NCBI GenBank assembly: GCA_039030515.1
Contig: JBCCEA010000010.1
Span: forward strand, 32,001 to 96,000
Length of the DNA: 64,000 bases
Origin: Myxococcota bacterium
GTDB taxonomy: Bacteria; Myxococcota_A; Polyangia; Polyangiales; Houyiibacteriaceae
Reading direction: 5' to 3'
Positions 20,274-30,624 of this stretch are shown here, one piece after another. Made by a program: the position numbers and the translations under genes. The notes under the pieces are model-generated. The model did not search any database, was not told the origin of the DNA, and was given only the letters and a program-made list of their open reading frames with translations. Each line of letters starts with the position of its first letter. Position 1 is the stretch's first letter.

Positions 20274-21766
20274 GCACTGAGTCGATCGGCCAAGAGCCAT
20301 ACCGAATACCGGCGCAAAGCCGGTGGGCCAACGCGTGGAAGGTCCCTGCGGCTTTTGGTGCTTTCGGAGTCCTAGTCTCCGCGCTCGGATGGGTTATGGA
20401 CCCCGAACGCTTCGCCTTCTCATGGTTGTTTGCGTTCTTCTACGTGGCGACCGTCGCCCTCGGCTCTTTGTTCTACGTGATCGCACAGCATGTGACCGGT
20501 GCTGACTGGGGAACATCCGTGCGGCGAACGGCTGAATTCTTGATGCTCGGCGTACCGCTTTTGGCTGTTCTTTTTTTGCCAAATCTAGCAAACATGCACT
20601 TCCTTTGGGGTGAGTGGATCGACGCCTCTGCGGGTCACGGGCATCATGACGATGAACATCATGGTAGCGACGGCGGACACGACCACTCGAGCGATCATAC
20701 GCATGGCGGCAAACCGCATGGGTCCCGAGCTCCTCTCGGGGTCGAGGATGCCTCCAAAACTGCGGGCCAGGCGCACGATGCACCCTCCTCACTCGGTGCA
20801 CTGGTAGGGGGGATCGCCCATGCCCAAACTGCGCACCTCGGCGGAGGCTCTGCTTCGGTTGATTCACATGCTGTTCACGAAGATGGGCACAGCGATGGTG
20901 AACACCACACGGTGTACGAACAAGCACTTCATCACGAGATCCTCCAAAAGAAGACGGCCTACCTGAATTTGCCGTTCTGGTTGATTCGTGCAGCGGCGTA
21001 TTTCTTCATCTGGACGTTCATCTCGCTACTCTATTTCCGTTGGTCGACGCAGCAGGATCGGTCTCGAGATCTGGGGTTGACCCTCAAAATGAAGCGGTTT
21101 GCCCCGGCCTCGGGCGCAGCCTTCGCGCTTACGCTTACGTTCGCGGCGTTCGATTGGGCGATGGCGCTCGAGCCCGCCTGGTATTCGACCATTTTTGGGG
21201 TGTACATTTTTGCCGGATGCGTCGTTTCCATGTTTGCTGCCGTGATACTCCTGGCCCTCGGTCTGGTTCGCGCGGGATACTTGGGTCGCGCGGTGAACGT
21301 CGAACATTTTCACGATTTAGGCAAAATGATGTTCGGTTTCACCTGCTTTTGGGCCTACATCGGGTTTAGTCAGTTCCTCCTTATCTGGTACGCAGGAATC
21401 CCCGAAGAGGCGACCTACTATCACCTAAGATGGGACTCCCAGGGATGGAAGCTTGTGTCCATATTCCTCATGGCGGGTCATTTTATATTTCCATTTATTT
21501 TCTTGGTTTCACGTGTCCCTAAAAGAAACCTATCGACGCTAGCGTTCGCGTGCGTCTGGATGCTCTTTATGCATGCAGTAGACATGTACTGGTTCATTCT
21601 ACCCAACTATGGAGCGCTCGATCTTCACTGGATGGACGTCGGAGCGTTGCTGGCAGCCTTAGGGATTTATCTCGCATATGTATTTTATCGAATGGGTCAA
21701 TTTCCGCTGGTTCCCGTAGGTGACCCACGGCTGACTCGCTCCATCCATCACGTGCAGACGACTTAG
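20270..21766 (+). CDS. actF: Alternative complex III ActF (NrfD-like) with His-rich insert
   Basis: ATGA overlap with actE; AFDWAMALEP.WYSTIFG, HFHDLGK, FSQFLLIWY..IPEE. Confidence 0.9.
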   Translation: MSTESIGQEPYRIPAQSRWANAWKVPAAFGAFGVLVSALGWVMDPERFAFSWLFAFFYVATVALGSLFYVIAQHVTGADWGTSVRRTAEFLMLGVPLLAVLFLPNLANMHFLWGEWIDASAGHGHHDDEHHGSDGGHDHSSDHTHGGKPHGSRAPLGVEDASKTAGQAHDAPSSLGALVGGIAHAQTAHLGGGSASVDSHAVHEDGHSDGEHHTVYEQALHHEILQKKTAYLNLPFWLIRAAAYFFIWTFISLLYFRWSTQQDRSRDLGLTLKMKRFAPASGAAFALTLTFAAFDWAMALEPAWYSTIFGVYIFAGCVVSMFAAVILLALGLVRAGYLGRAVNVEHFHDLGKMMFGFTCFWAYIGFSQFLLIWYAGIPEEATYYHLRWDSQGWKLVSIFLMAGHFIFPFIFLVSRVPKRNLSTLAFACVWMLFMHAVDMYWFILPNYGALDLHWMDVGALLAALGIYLAYVFYRMGQFPLVPVGDPRLTRSIHHVQTT

Positions 21767-21778
21767 GAAATAAGATTC

Positions 21779-22348
21779 ATGGGTTACGAGAAGACGGAAC
21801 CAAAGAACAACCTGATACTTTTCTTCTCGGTTTTGAGCCTCGTCACGCTTGCTGCGTTAGCATTTGGTTTTGAAAGCTACTTCAAGATCGAAGCGGACAA
21901 GCAGTATGACCTCGCCATCAACCGAGGACTCCCGCTTGGGGAAACCCCATTTTCGTCGGCCGCTCAGAACAGAGTATCTATTCAGCTGCGTGATCCAGGT
22001 CTAGTTGACCCGTGGCAGGCAAGACGTGAGATGGAGCGAGAGCACTTGTCTCAGCTCACTTCCGACCCAATGCCCATATCACGTGCGATGCATCAGCTTG
22101 CTGAAAGAGGTCGAAGCTCGGCTCCGATCGTCGAGCCTCGTAGTGGTAACGACCTGGGAGCAGCTCAAGGCTGGGAGCGACTACCCCTTTCCGTAACCGG
22201 CACTTTAAGTTCGAGTGCGGATAGCGTAAACGACTCCACTGCCATCGACACGGCGGCAAAGCGCAATGAGGTCGACGATACTGAAGAGACCACCCTCGGG
22301 TCGATGGCGCGCCCAAGAAATGAACGGGCAGCACCCGCAGGGCCATGA
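21779..22348 (+). CDS. Single-TM accessory protein, ActG-like position
   Basis: One N-terminal TM helix; ...PISRAMHQL motif; lies between actF and sco in the operon. Confidence 0.6.
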   Translation: MGYEKTEPKNNLILFFSVLSLVTLAALAFGFESYFKIEADKQYDLAINRGLPLGETPFSSAAQNRVSIQLRDPGLVDPWQARREMEREHLSQLTSDPMPISRAMHQLAERGRSSAPIVEPRSGNDLGAAQGWERLPLSVTGTLSSSADSVNDSTAIDTAAKRNEVDDTEETTLGSMARPRNERAAPAGP

Positions 22349-23244
22349 GCAAGAGGCTCCCAACCAAGATCTTACGCTGGGCGGCAGTGGTTTCGACGAT
22401 AGCTCTCGTTATCGGTTCCAGCTCTAGTCTTAGCGCGCAGCGCCGAGGTGAGCGTCACGAGCCTGTTTTCGAGCTCCCAGGGCTCGACCAAATCGGGGTA
22501 GACGAACATCTCGAAGAGCAGCTTCCCACGAACTTGCCTTTTACCGACCACGATGGACGTGCGGTTCACCTCAGCGATTACTTTGACGGCAGTAGGCCCG
22601 TGCTTTTGCTTTTTGCGTACTACAGCTGCCCTCAGCTCTGCTCTCTGGTGTTGGGAGCTACTGCCGACGGTATCTCTAGCGGGCCTTGGCAGCCGGGAAA
22701 CGAGTATGAAATCGTCACCATCAGTATCGATCCAAACGATACGGTTGAAGCCGCAAAAGAAAAACGAGTGGAGATGCTAAGGCGATACGGCGGTGAGGGC
22801 ACAGGCTGGCATTTTCTCGTGGGTGAGCAGTCCTCGATCGACGCCGCGACCAAGGCAGCGGGCGTGCGCTATTTCAAGCAAGAACAAACCGAGCAGTATG
22901 CCCATCCCGCGGTGATCATGTTCCTGACCCCCGAGGCAACACTGGCACGCTATCTCTACGGTATCGCGTTTCGCGGTAGAGATATTCGCTTGGCACTCCT
23001 CGAAGCGTCCGAAGGGCGTTCGATCACCACGACAGAGCAGATCATCATGTACTGCTATTCGTATAGTGCGGAAGAGGGGGGCTATGCGCTGATGGCCACA
23101 CGGATTATGAAGGTAGGCGGCGCGCTCACCGCAGGGATACTTGGTTTTTTTCTGCTTTTCTTGTGGCGACGTGAGTTACGCCGAAAGAAAAGTGAGAGTC
23201 CTTCTTCGCAGACCGAGGATGTAGAATGCGGTGCTGCAGGATAG
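22345..23244 (+). CDS. SCO1/SenC family copper chaperone
   Basis: YYSCPQLC (CxxxC), ISIDP, YAHPA, C-terminal TM anchor. Confidence 0.9.
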   Translation: MSKRLPTKILRWAAVVSTIALVIGSSSSLSAQRRGERHEPVFELPGLDQIGVDEHLEEQLPTNLPFTDHDGRAVHLSDYFDGSRPVLLLFAYYSCPQLCSLVLGATADGISSGPWQPGNEYEIVTISIDPNDTVEAAKEKRVEMLRRYGGEGTGWHFLVGEQSSIDAATKAAGVRYFKQEQTEQYAHPAVIMFLTPEATLARYLYGIAFRGRDIRLALLEASEGRSITTTEQIIMYCYSYSAEEGGYALMATRIMKVGGALTAGILGFFLLFLWRRELRRKKSESPSSQTEDVECGAAG

Positions 23245-23255
23245 GTCGGGTCGTG

Positions 23256-24434
23256 ATGAACAATCGAATCGTGCAGAATATGGCTGAGTCTTTGGCAAAG
23301 ACAGACAAAATGTTCTCAAGAACGTCTCAGAGCGTAGCAGTTAGGGAGGCGCCTTTGGCCAGCAACTTGGTCCCTGTTTCGCTCGGTCGCTTGAAAAAAG
23401 CTACGTTGAGCACACTGACGCTCGTGACGATGGCTTTGGCTTCGTGTGGAGGAGATCCAAACGGAACCATTCAAATGCCTCCGGCCCGCTCCACAATGGC
23501 GCCAGAGGTCGACTGGCTTTATTACTTTATCTACTGGATGAGTGTGGTTTCATTCGTCCTGATCATAGGGGTCATGATGTATTTCGTGATCCGTTATCGA
23601 CGGCGTCCCGGCAATGAACGGGCGGCTCCGACGGGTCACAATACGCCGCTCGAGGTACTTTGGACGTTCAGCCCGCTTATCTTACTTTGGTTCTTATTTG
23701 ATTGGGGATTCACGGGATATATGCAGGGCGTTGTGGCTCCTACGGACTCTCGAGAGATACGAGTCATGGGTTCGCAATGGAAATGGGAGTTTACAAACTG
23801 CGAAGGCATCGTGGAGACCGGCAACCTCACCGTGCCCGTGGGTGAACCCATCAAGCTGATCATGAATTCCACAGACGTGCTGCATAGTTTTTACATTCCA
23901 GAGTTTCGAGTAAAGCGTGATGTGGTTCCCGGCATGTACAGCACCCTGTGGTTTGAAGCGACGCAGGAGGGTGAGTATCAGGTTTTCTGCACAGAGTACT
24001 GCGGTGCTCCAGTGGGTTCTGGAGAGAACAACGCTGGACACTCGGCCATGATGGCGAAAATTACCGTGGTGTCTCCCGATGAATATGAAAACTTTTGCGC
24101 AGAAGGGCCGCCGCCTCCGGCCGAATGTGAAGGACGTGAAGGCGACGATCGGATGGTTTGTTGGGGCGACTCGATCTTTCACAATCCGGGCTATGCCTGT
24201 TACACCTGCCACAACGGTGTAAGTGCTCCAAGCTTCAACGGCCTTTGGGGTCGCGAGGGCGTGATGATGGACGGTTCGGTAGTGATCGCCGATGAGAACT
24301 ACATTCGCGAGTCGATTCTTCGGCCACAGGCAAAAATAGTACAAGGCTACAACAACATCGCGATGCCGCCTTTCAGGCTCAGCGACAATCAACTCGATGC
24401 GATCATCGCCTATATCAAGTCGCTGGAGGAATGA
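23256..24434 (+). CDS. coxB: Cytochrome c oxidase subunit II with fused cytochrome c (caa3)
   Basis: LEVLWT, QWKWEF, DVLHSF, CTEYCG..H..M CuA ligands, C-terminal CYTCH and MPPF; start uncertain (LASC lipobox-like site downstream). Confidence 0.92.
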   Translation: MNNRIVQNMAESLAKTDKMFSRTSQSVAVREAPLASNLVPVSLGRLKKATLSTLTLVTMALASCGGDPNGTIQMPPARSTMAPEVDWLYYFIYWMSVVSFVLIIGVMMYFVIRYRRRPGNERAAPTGHNTPLEVLWTFSPLILLWFLFDWGFTGYMQGVVAPTDSREIRVMGSQWKWEFTNCEGIVETGNLTVPVGEPIKLIMNSTDVLHSFYIPEFRVKRDVVPGMYSTLWFEATQEGEYQVFCTEYCGAPVGSGENNAGHSAMMAKITVVSPDEYENFCAEGPPPPAECEGREGDDRMVCWGDSIFHNPGYACYTCHNGVSAPSFNGLWGREGVMMDGSVVIADENYIRESILRPQAKIVQGYNNIAMPPFRLSDNQLDAIIAYIKSLEE

Positions 24435-24438
24435 AGAC

Positions 24439-26124
24439 ATGACGGCGGAAGCAATCACGCACCCATCTTCGGCGCCCGCTGGAGAAGAAGAAAACTACCT
24501 CAACCATCAGAAGGGCCTGGTGTCCTGGTTGATTACGCTCGATCACAAGCGCATCGGCATCATGTACCTCGTGGCGATACTGGTGGCGTTCCTGGCAGGC
24601 GGCGTATTTGCACTTCTTGTGCGCACCGAGCTCGCTGCGCCTGGGCACACCATCATGGAGGCTCACACCTACAACAAGATGTTCACGCTTCACGGCGCGA
24701 TCATGGTGTTCCTGTTCATCATTCCGAGTATCCCGGCCGCACTCGGTAATTTCTTTCTTCCCATCATGCTTGGAACGAAAGATGTAGCATTCCCTCGTCT
24801 AAATCTCGCCAGTTTCTATATCTATGTTGCGGGAACCATCATGGCGCTGGTAGCGATTACCATCGGTGACGTCGATACGGGATGGACCTTCTACACCCCA
24901 TACAGTTCACGTGCGGCAGACGGAGCAGTCGTCTGGATGACGCTGGCCGTCTTTGTTCTTGGATTTTCATCGATTCTCACGGGACTCAACTTCATCGCTA
25001 CGGTGCACAAAATGCGAGCGCCTGGCCTGCATTGGAAGCGACTTCCCCTATTCATCTGGGGCATGTATGCCACTGCGGTCATTCAGGTTTTAGCAACTCC
25101 GGTATTGGCCATTACGCTACTGCTCCTGACGATGGAAGCCACTCTAGGCATCGGGATCTTTGACCCTGAGTTGGGTGGAGATCCGGTTCTTTTTCAGCAT
25201 TTCTTCTGGTTCTACTCACACCCCGCGGTGTACATCATGATCCTTCCGGGAATGGCCGTAGTCAATGAGCTGATCGCCACGTTTAGTCAACGAGCGATCT
25301 TTGGTTACATGTTTGTGGCCATGAGTTCTGTGTCGCTGGCTTTACTCGGATTCTTAGTCTGGGGTCATCATATGTTTACGTCCGGGATGAGTGAATACGC
25401 GACGATGATTTTTTCGGCGCTTACCTTCCTGGTAGCGATTCCTTCCGGCGTGAAGGTCTTTAACTGGACTGCTACTCTGTACAAAGGTTCTATCCGGCTG
25501 GCGTCTCCAATGCTGTATGCGCTTTCGTTTATCGCACTCTTCACCATCGGAGGCCTTACAGGTCTGTTCTTAGGAACGCTCTCTACCGATATTCACCTCC
25601 ACGATACCTATTTCGTAGTCGCCCACTTTCACTACGTCATGGTCGGAGGAACGGTTTTCGGATTCATCGGCGGTCTTCACTACTGGTGGCCTAAGATGAC
25701 TGGACGTATGTACAACGAACGATTGGCGATCGTTTCGTGGGCACTGGTGTTTTGGGGATTTAACCAAACGTTTTTTCTGCAGTTTATCCTCGGGTCTCAG
25801 GGTATGCCTCGTCGGTATTACGACTACCTCGACCAGTATGCGACACTGCACGGCTTTTCTTCGCTGGGTTCCTACATTCTCGGTGTTGGTTTTGTGGTTA
25901 TGCTGGTGATGTTTTTGTTGTCCCTCCGCAACGGGGTTAAGGCTCCTCCAAATCCATGGGGATCCGCGGGTTATGAATGGATGACCACCAGCCCGCCCCA
26001 TCCACACAACTTTGCCGAAGACCCTTTCATGACGCGAGGGCCCTACGACTATCATCTCGCTTCTGACGAAGAGCTCTTCGAGGGATTTCCTGGAGACTTT
26101 ACCGTAAGCGAAGCCAAGGCTTAA
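24439..26124 (+). CDS. coxA: Cytochrome c oxidase subunit I, type A2
   Basis: [21 protein letters not shown] (YS motif of A2 enzymes), [22 protein letters not shown]. Confidence 0.97.
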   Translation: MTAEAITHPSSAPAGEEENYLNHQKGLVSWLITLDHKRIGIMYLVAILVAFLAGGVFALLVRTELAAPGHTIMEAHTYNKMFTLHGAIMVFLFIIPSIPAALGNFFLPIMLGTKDVAFPRLNLASFYIYVAGTIMALVAITIGDVDTGWTFYTPYSSRAADGAVVWMTLAVFVLGFSSILTGLNFIATVHKMRAPGLHWKRLPLFIWGMYATAVIQVLATPVLAITLLLLTMEATLGIGIFDPELGGDPVLFQHFFWFYSHPAVYIMILPGMAVVNELIATFSQRAIFGYMFVAMSSVSLALLGFLVWGHHMFTSGMSEYATMIFSALTFLVAIPSGVKVFNWTATLYKGSIRLASPMLYALSFIALFTIGGLTGLFLGTLSTDIHLHDTYFVVAHFHYVMVGGTVFGFIGGLHYWWPKMTGRMYNERLAIVSWALVFWGFNQTFFLQFILGSQGMPRRYYDYLDQYATLHGFSSLGSYILGVGFVVMLVMFLLSLRNGVKAPPNPWGSAGYEWMTTSPPHPHNFAEDPFMTRGPYDYHLASDEELFEGFPGDFTVSEAKA

Positions 26125-26128
26125 CTCG

Positions 26129-26842
26129 ATGTCAACAGAGACACATGAGCATCAAGGTCCGGCGTATCTTCAGCATCACTTCCACACGCCGGTTCAGCAG
26201 TTTAGTGCTGCAAAGCTCGGGATGTGGGCTTTTCTCTCGCAAGAGGTGCTCTTCTTTAGCGGCCTGTTTGTCGCCTACGGGATCTTTCGTTCCTGGTATC
26301 CGGAGGCGTTCTCGGTAGCATCTCATCTCTTGGACTGGAAGATGGGGGGCATCAATACGTGTGTCCTTTTGCTTTCCAGCTTCACGGCCGCGATGTCGGT
26401 TCGCAGCGCGCAAAAAGGCACACAAAACCAGACCAGCATGTGGATCGTGCTCACCATCTTGTTTGCGCTTGGGTTCATGGTCATCAAGTACTTTGAATAC
26501 GCGCATAAATTTCATGTCGGGTTTGCCCCCGGAGAATACTTCGCGCCCAGTCCAGAAGGCATGGAGGAAATTTCCCATGCCATGCAATCTGTAAATCATT
26601 TGAGCCTATCCGCTCCTCCTCCAGAAATTCGCTCCTTCTTCGGCATCTACTTCATGATGACCGGAGTCCACGGAATCCACGTGTTGATAGGCATTTTCGT
26701 GTTTATTTGGATGCTTGTCCGCAACGTTCGAGGCGAATTCAGTCCTGAATTCTTCACTCCGGTGGACTTAGCTGCCCTCTATTGGCACCTGGTCGATCTT
26801 ATTTGGATCTACCTCTTTCCTCTTCTCTACCTTATCGACTGA
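26129..26842 (+). CDS. coxC: Cytochrome c oxidase subunit III
   Basis: GMWAFL..E..FF, TGVHGIHV, LYWHLVDLIW..LFPLLY. Confidence 0.95.
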   Translation: MSTETHEHQGPAYLQHHFHTPVQQFSAAKLGMWAFLSQEVLFFSGLFVAYGIFRSWYPEAFSVASHLLDWKMGGINTCVLLLSSFTAAMSVRSAQKGTQNQTSMWIVLTILFALGFMVIKYFEYAHKFHVGFAPGEYFAPSPEGMEEISHAMQSVNHLSLSAPPPEIRSFFGIYFMMTGVHGIHVLIGIFVFIWMLVRNVRGEFSPEFFTPVDLAALYWHLVDLIWIYLFPLLYLID

Positions 26843-26870
26843 GCACTGATCGTTCGACTACGGGATCCTC

Positions 26871-27557
26871 ATGAGCCAAAAAGCACACCACGACGATTAC
26901 TACGTGCATGCGCATGTTACGGACACAAAGATTTACGCAGGTATCCTGGGAACACTGCTCCTACTCACGCTGCTCACGGTAGCGGTGTACAATGTTCGCT
27001 TGGGTGCAGCCAATCTGATCGTGGCCATACTGATAGCGACAGTGAAGGCGAGTTTGGTTGTGTTCTACTTTATGCACATGAAGTATGAGACCAAGTTCAA
27101 CGTACTTCTTTTCTTAGGTTCATTGGCCTTCGGCGGTATCTTTCTGGCCTATACGATGAACGACACCAGCAATCGAGGTTCTGTCGACCCGTGGTCGGGT
27201 TCATGGGTAGACCGTTCCAGTGGATTTTCGGCCCAAGGAGGGCTCGGGGCCGGAGGTCGTCTCAGTGCGTTCAAATTGTCGGCGGATGGCTGCTCAGAAG
27301 GAACCTGGCCGGCCGGCGGGGAACCCCCATGGCCTTGCTCTTGGTTCGCTTGGCAGGAGGCACGTGATGGCTCCAGCGACAAACCGGCAGTCGCGGAAGA
27401 CGTGGGTGACGCTGAGGTGGATGATGCTCAAGTGGACGGTACGGGTGGGACCGAGACGCAGGATGATTCACCTGACCTAAATGCAGCAGAGGCTCCCTCG
27501 AGCGAGCAGAATACGAAACGCGAAGAGTCAGAGCCCGATAGCTCCAACGAGCCCTAA
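26871..27557 (+). CDS. caa3-type oxidase subunit IV with long C-terminal extension
   Basis: Three TM helices, IATVKASLV..YFMHMKY motif; acidic tail. Confidence 0.88.
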   Translation: MSQKAHHDDYYVHAHVTDTKIYAGILGTLLLLTLLTVAVYNVRLGAANLIVAILIATVKASLVVFYFMHMKYETKFNVLLFLGSLAFGGIFLAYTMNDTSNRGSVDPWSGSWVDRSSGFSAQGGLGAGGRLSAFKLSADGCSEGTWPAGGEPPWPCSWFAWQEARDGSSDKPAVAEDVGDAEVDDAQVDGTGGTETQDDSPDLNAAEAPSSEQNTKREESEPDSSNEP

Positions 27558-27671
27558 GATATACCCTCGCTTGTCCAATCTGTGTGCAAACCTCCGATGG
27601 TTGACGTTCAAAGTATTCCATATGCGTCGTCGTTCTGTACTAGGCGGCCAACCTCAGTGCAGACATCGGTA

Positions 27672-28490
27672 ATGAGGAGTCGTGCGGATTCGCTGGGAAC
27701 TCTATTTCTGTGGCTACTTTGTTTGAACTTCCTCGGGTGCGATGGTTGTCGTAAAAGCGTCCCCGTCGAGGAAGTAGAGGTACTTCCCTATCCCGACTGC
27801 GGGTCTGAAGAGCCAACTGCCACAATCCTCGCCTCGGGGCACCTGCGGTCCGGACCGCTCATGCGAGATGCTGCCATCGTTGAATATTATCGTTTGATGA
27901 GGGAGTCGTGCCGCTATGTGCTGGTCGTTCGACAGGAATGGCCGCTTGCCACCAGTGATGTCGAGATAGTGTACGATCTCGCATTTCGGCCTTTGTGGGC
28001 GTGGAAACGTATGACGCTGCCGGTAGACTCTGATCCAGAGGCTCATGCGGATATTCGGCGTTATGAACTCAGAACCGAACCCGCAACGATGACCTGGCGC
28101 CGTCCCGATGGATCCATCGAGCATCGAAGAATTCCTGGCCCGAAGCCGGTGGCGGTTGTGGGCCCGGGTCGGTCCGTGTTGGGTATGTGGATTCGAGCGG
28201 AGCAGCTAGAAGTGGGTGAGATCGCCCGCGGAGCCGTTCTCGATTTTCGCGACCGATGGGAGTCGATCAAACAGGTTGCTCTCGCACGCAAGCCAAACCG
28301 TATGGACTCCTCCGTTTCCGACGCAGAGTTTTACGTGCATACGGTGTTCGGTCGAGAGGCTGTGTTCGCCGATGCGGAGGGAAATGTCCTCGGAGATTTG
28401 GCTGGATTGCGACCTCATCAGCGTCTGGACACACCACAGCCTGACCCGATCCCGTCTTACGGAACCCCTGATCCACGAAATACTCCCTAA
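27672..28490 (+). CDS. Hypothetical lipoprotein
   Basis: Hydrophobic signal ending FLGC; ATG at 27672 preferred over 27582. Confidence 0.65.
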   Translation: MRSRADSLGTLFLWLLCLNFLGCDGCRKSVPVEEVEVLPYPDCGSEEPTATILASGHLRSGPLMRDAAIVEYYRLMRESCRYVLVVRQEWPLATSDVEIVYDLAFRPLWAWKRMTLPVDSDPEAHADIRRYELRTEPATMTWRRPDGSIEHRRIPGPKPVAVVGPGRSVLGMWIRAEQLEVGEIARGAVLDFRDRWESIKQVALARKPNRMDSSVSDAEFYVHTVFGREAVFADAEGNVLGDLAGLRPHQRLDTPQPDPIPSYGTPDPRNTP

Positions 28491-28624
28491 TCCGTCTGGG
28501 TTGGTTGTTATTGGGAGCGAGCGGAGCAACATCGACTCTTTTGCGTATTTCCCTAGCTAGTTGCCCGGTTATCTGGCCAAACTTGGTTTTCTGAACCGGT
28601 CCTTGGTTCTCCGACAGTTCTCGA

Positions 28625-29626
28625 TTATCTGGGAGAGCTGAATCGCAGCAGAGGTAGGGCGATAGATCCCAACAGCACGGCCCACCACAGAGTTGTCAGA
28701 CGGACCATCAGCGTTACCGAAACAGCGATTGCAGGGTCGATCGCGTTGTCGGCTACAAAAAAAAGAGCTCCGGTCATCGTTGCCTCGGTGACCCCAAGGC
28801 CTCCGGGCATTAGAGCCACTGCTCCGGCGATCGTCGGTATGGCGTATGCGAATATTGCGGCAGGAAGATCGATTTGAAGTTCCGTAAACCCACGCGCAAT
28901 CTGATGGAGCGCGACGCATTCCAAGACCCAGGCAAGTGTGGATAGGGCGGTTGCAGGAATCAGCGCTCTCGGAGCCGTCAGTCGATGGAGCGTTTCGTAG
29001 GCATGTCGGAGTCGTGGAACGACCGCACGGACTTTTTCGATACGGCTCAAAATGCTCAGGAGCCGATCGCCTAGTGCTGGGAAGGTGCACAAGAGAATCA
29101 ACGCTACTGCGAGGATTAGACCGCCGATCAAGATGCTCAAGCCCCACTGGAACGCGAATCCGCCGACCGCAGCCAAGAGCAGCAGTGCGATAAGATCTGT
29201 CACGCGCTCTGCGAGGACAACGGGAGCTGTACGCTCCACGGGCACCTGATGCACTTGCAGTAGGAGGGCAGACTTTAATAGTTCCCCGAGCTTGCCGGGT
29301 GTCACACTCATTAAAAAGCCAGAGAGAAAAATCAGTACGCTCGAGCGGATTGAAATAAATACTGTGATGTGACGAAGGTAGAGCTCCCATCGCAGGAAGC
29401 GCACGCCGTAATTGAGGCTAGACAATCCGAGTGCGCATAGAAATGCAGGTGCTTCGAACTGAAGCATGTGTTGCCGCATAAGTTGGATGTCTCCGTAGAG
29501 CGCAAGCCCCGCAAATACGAGTCCACCAAGTAGGCTGCTGAATATCACTCCGTGAATCAGCTTGGTTTGAAAGGTCCTACGTGAGGACTCTCCCTCTCTC
29601 GGGGAGGATGGCGAAGAGGGATTCAT
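28625..29626 (-). CDS. Lysylphosphatidylglycerol-synthase TM / flippase-like membrane protein
   Basis: RFLRW, TPGKLGE, ERVTD, MPGGLGVTE, multi-TM. Confidence 0.85.
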   Translation of the reverse strand: MNPSSPSSPREGESSRRTFQTKLIHGVIFSSLLGGLVFAGLALYGDIQLMRQHMLQFEAPAFLCALGLSSLNYGVRFLRWELYLRHITVFISIRSSVLIFLSGFLMSVTPGKLGELLKSALLLQVHQVPVERTAPVVLAERVTDLIALLLLAAVGGFAFQWGLSILIGGLILAVALILLCTFPALGDRLLSILSRIEKVRAVVPRLRHAYETLHRLTAPRALIPATALSTLAWVLECVALHQIARGFTELQIDLPAAIFAYAIPTIAGAVALMPGGLGVTEATMTGALFFVADNAIDPAIAVSVTLMVRLTTLWWAVLLGSIALPLLRFSSPR

Positions 29627-29758
29627 CGGAGCAAGGTCCGTTTCCGGCGGGATATATGTCGGAGATTCCTATAGTCCTTCGCGCGATTAGACATCAAATT
29701 TAGCGTGCCACGAGGAGCTGAGCCCTGCCAAGCAGGGTGTCTGCTCCCGCATGACTCT

Positions 29759-29794
29759 CTCGGTCTGAGTATCGGGCTCGGTCTAAGTATCGGG
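29759..29794. repeat. 2x18-bp tandem duplication
   Basis: CTCGGTCTGAGTATCGGG / CTCGGTCTAAGTATCGGG, one mismatch, intergenic. Confidence 0.85.
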
Positions 29795-29978
29795 TTGCTC
29801 CGGATGTTGTTATCGAGACGCTGGGCCCTCGCGGTGCCGGATCGATCCTTTTTTGATCGGGCTTTGCAGGCTGAGGAACTACAAACCGACTGATGCGCGC
29901 TGCAATGGTGTTGACGCCGGTCGGGTGAAGATGTCATGAGCTGTCGAAGTGAAGAAGTCTTCAGTACAGTCCTGGAGC

Positions 29979-30566
29979 ATGCGAGAAGGGGCGATCAACC
30001 TACCTAACCTTATCACCCTTCTTAGGATCGCTCTGATACCCGTGGTGCTCACCCTGGTCTTTTCTGGCACGCCTCGTTCCAATGTGTACGCCGCACTCGT
30101 ATATACGTTGGCGGCGGTCAGTGATTTTCTCGACGGATGGCTGGCTAGGAGAAATGGTCTGATCACTTTGCTTGGCAGACTTCTCGATCCGCTCGCAGAC
30201 AAACTCCTGGTTGTCAGCGTGCTCGTCTTTCTAATCTGGATGGGCCGGGTTCCTCTGCAAGGAGTCGTCGCTTCGATCTTGATTTTCTCTCGAGAATTTT
30301 GGGTGAGCAGCCTTCGCGTTCTTGCCATGGGGGAGGGGGTCATCGTCGCCTCGCGTCGTAGCGGTAAGGATAAAACCGCGCTGCAGATGGTAGCGCTTTT
30401 TGCGCTGATAATGCATCATCCGTATCAGCTAGACTTTTTGTTCACTCGAGTTGAGGTCGATATGAACACTGTGGGTCTGTGGTTGCTCTACCTGAGCCTC
30501 ATTCCGGCGATCGCCAGTGCGTTGCAATATAGTCTTCTTTTGTTTCGGCCAGTCGATGTGGATTGA
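29979..30566 (+). CDS. pgsA: CDP-diacylglycerol--glycerol-3-phosphate 3-phosphatidyltransferase
   Basis: NLPNLITLLR, DFLDGWLARR...G..LDPLADK CDP-alcohol phosphotransferase motif; GGAG RBS before ATG 29979. Confidence 0.92.
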   Translation: MREGAINLPNLITLLRIALIPVVLTLVFSGTPRSNVYAALVYTLAAVSDFLDGWLARRNGLITLLGRLLDPLADKLLVVSVLVFLIWMGRVPLQGVVASILIFSREFWVSSLRVLAMGEGVIVASRRSGKDKTALQMVALFALIMHHPYQLDFLFTRVEVDMNTVGLWLLYLSLIPAIASALQYSLLLFRPVDVD

Positions 30567-30586
30567 AGCTCGATGTGGATTGAGGC
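30553..30586. repeat. 2x17-bp tandem duplication spanning the pgsA stop codon
   Basis: TCGATGTGGATTGAAGC / TCGATGTGGATTGAGGC. Confidence 0.85.
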
Positions 30587-30624
30587 GTTCGGCTTCATGC
30601 TACAGACGAAGACGCTGCGGAGCG

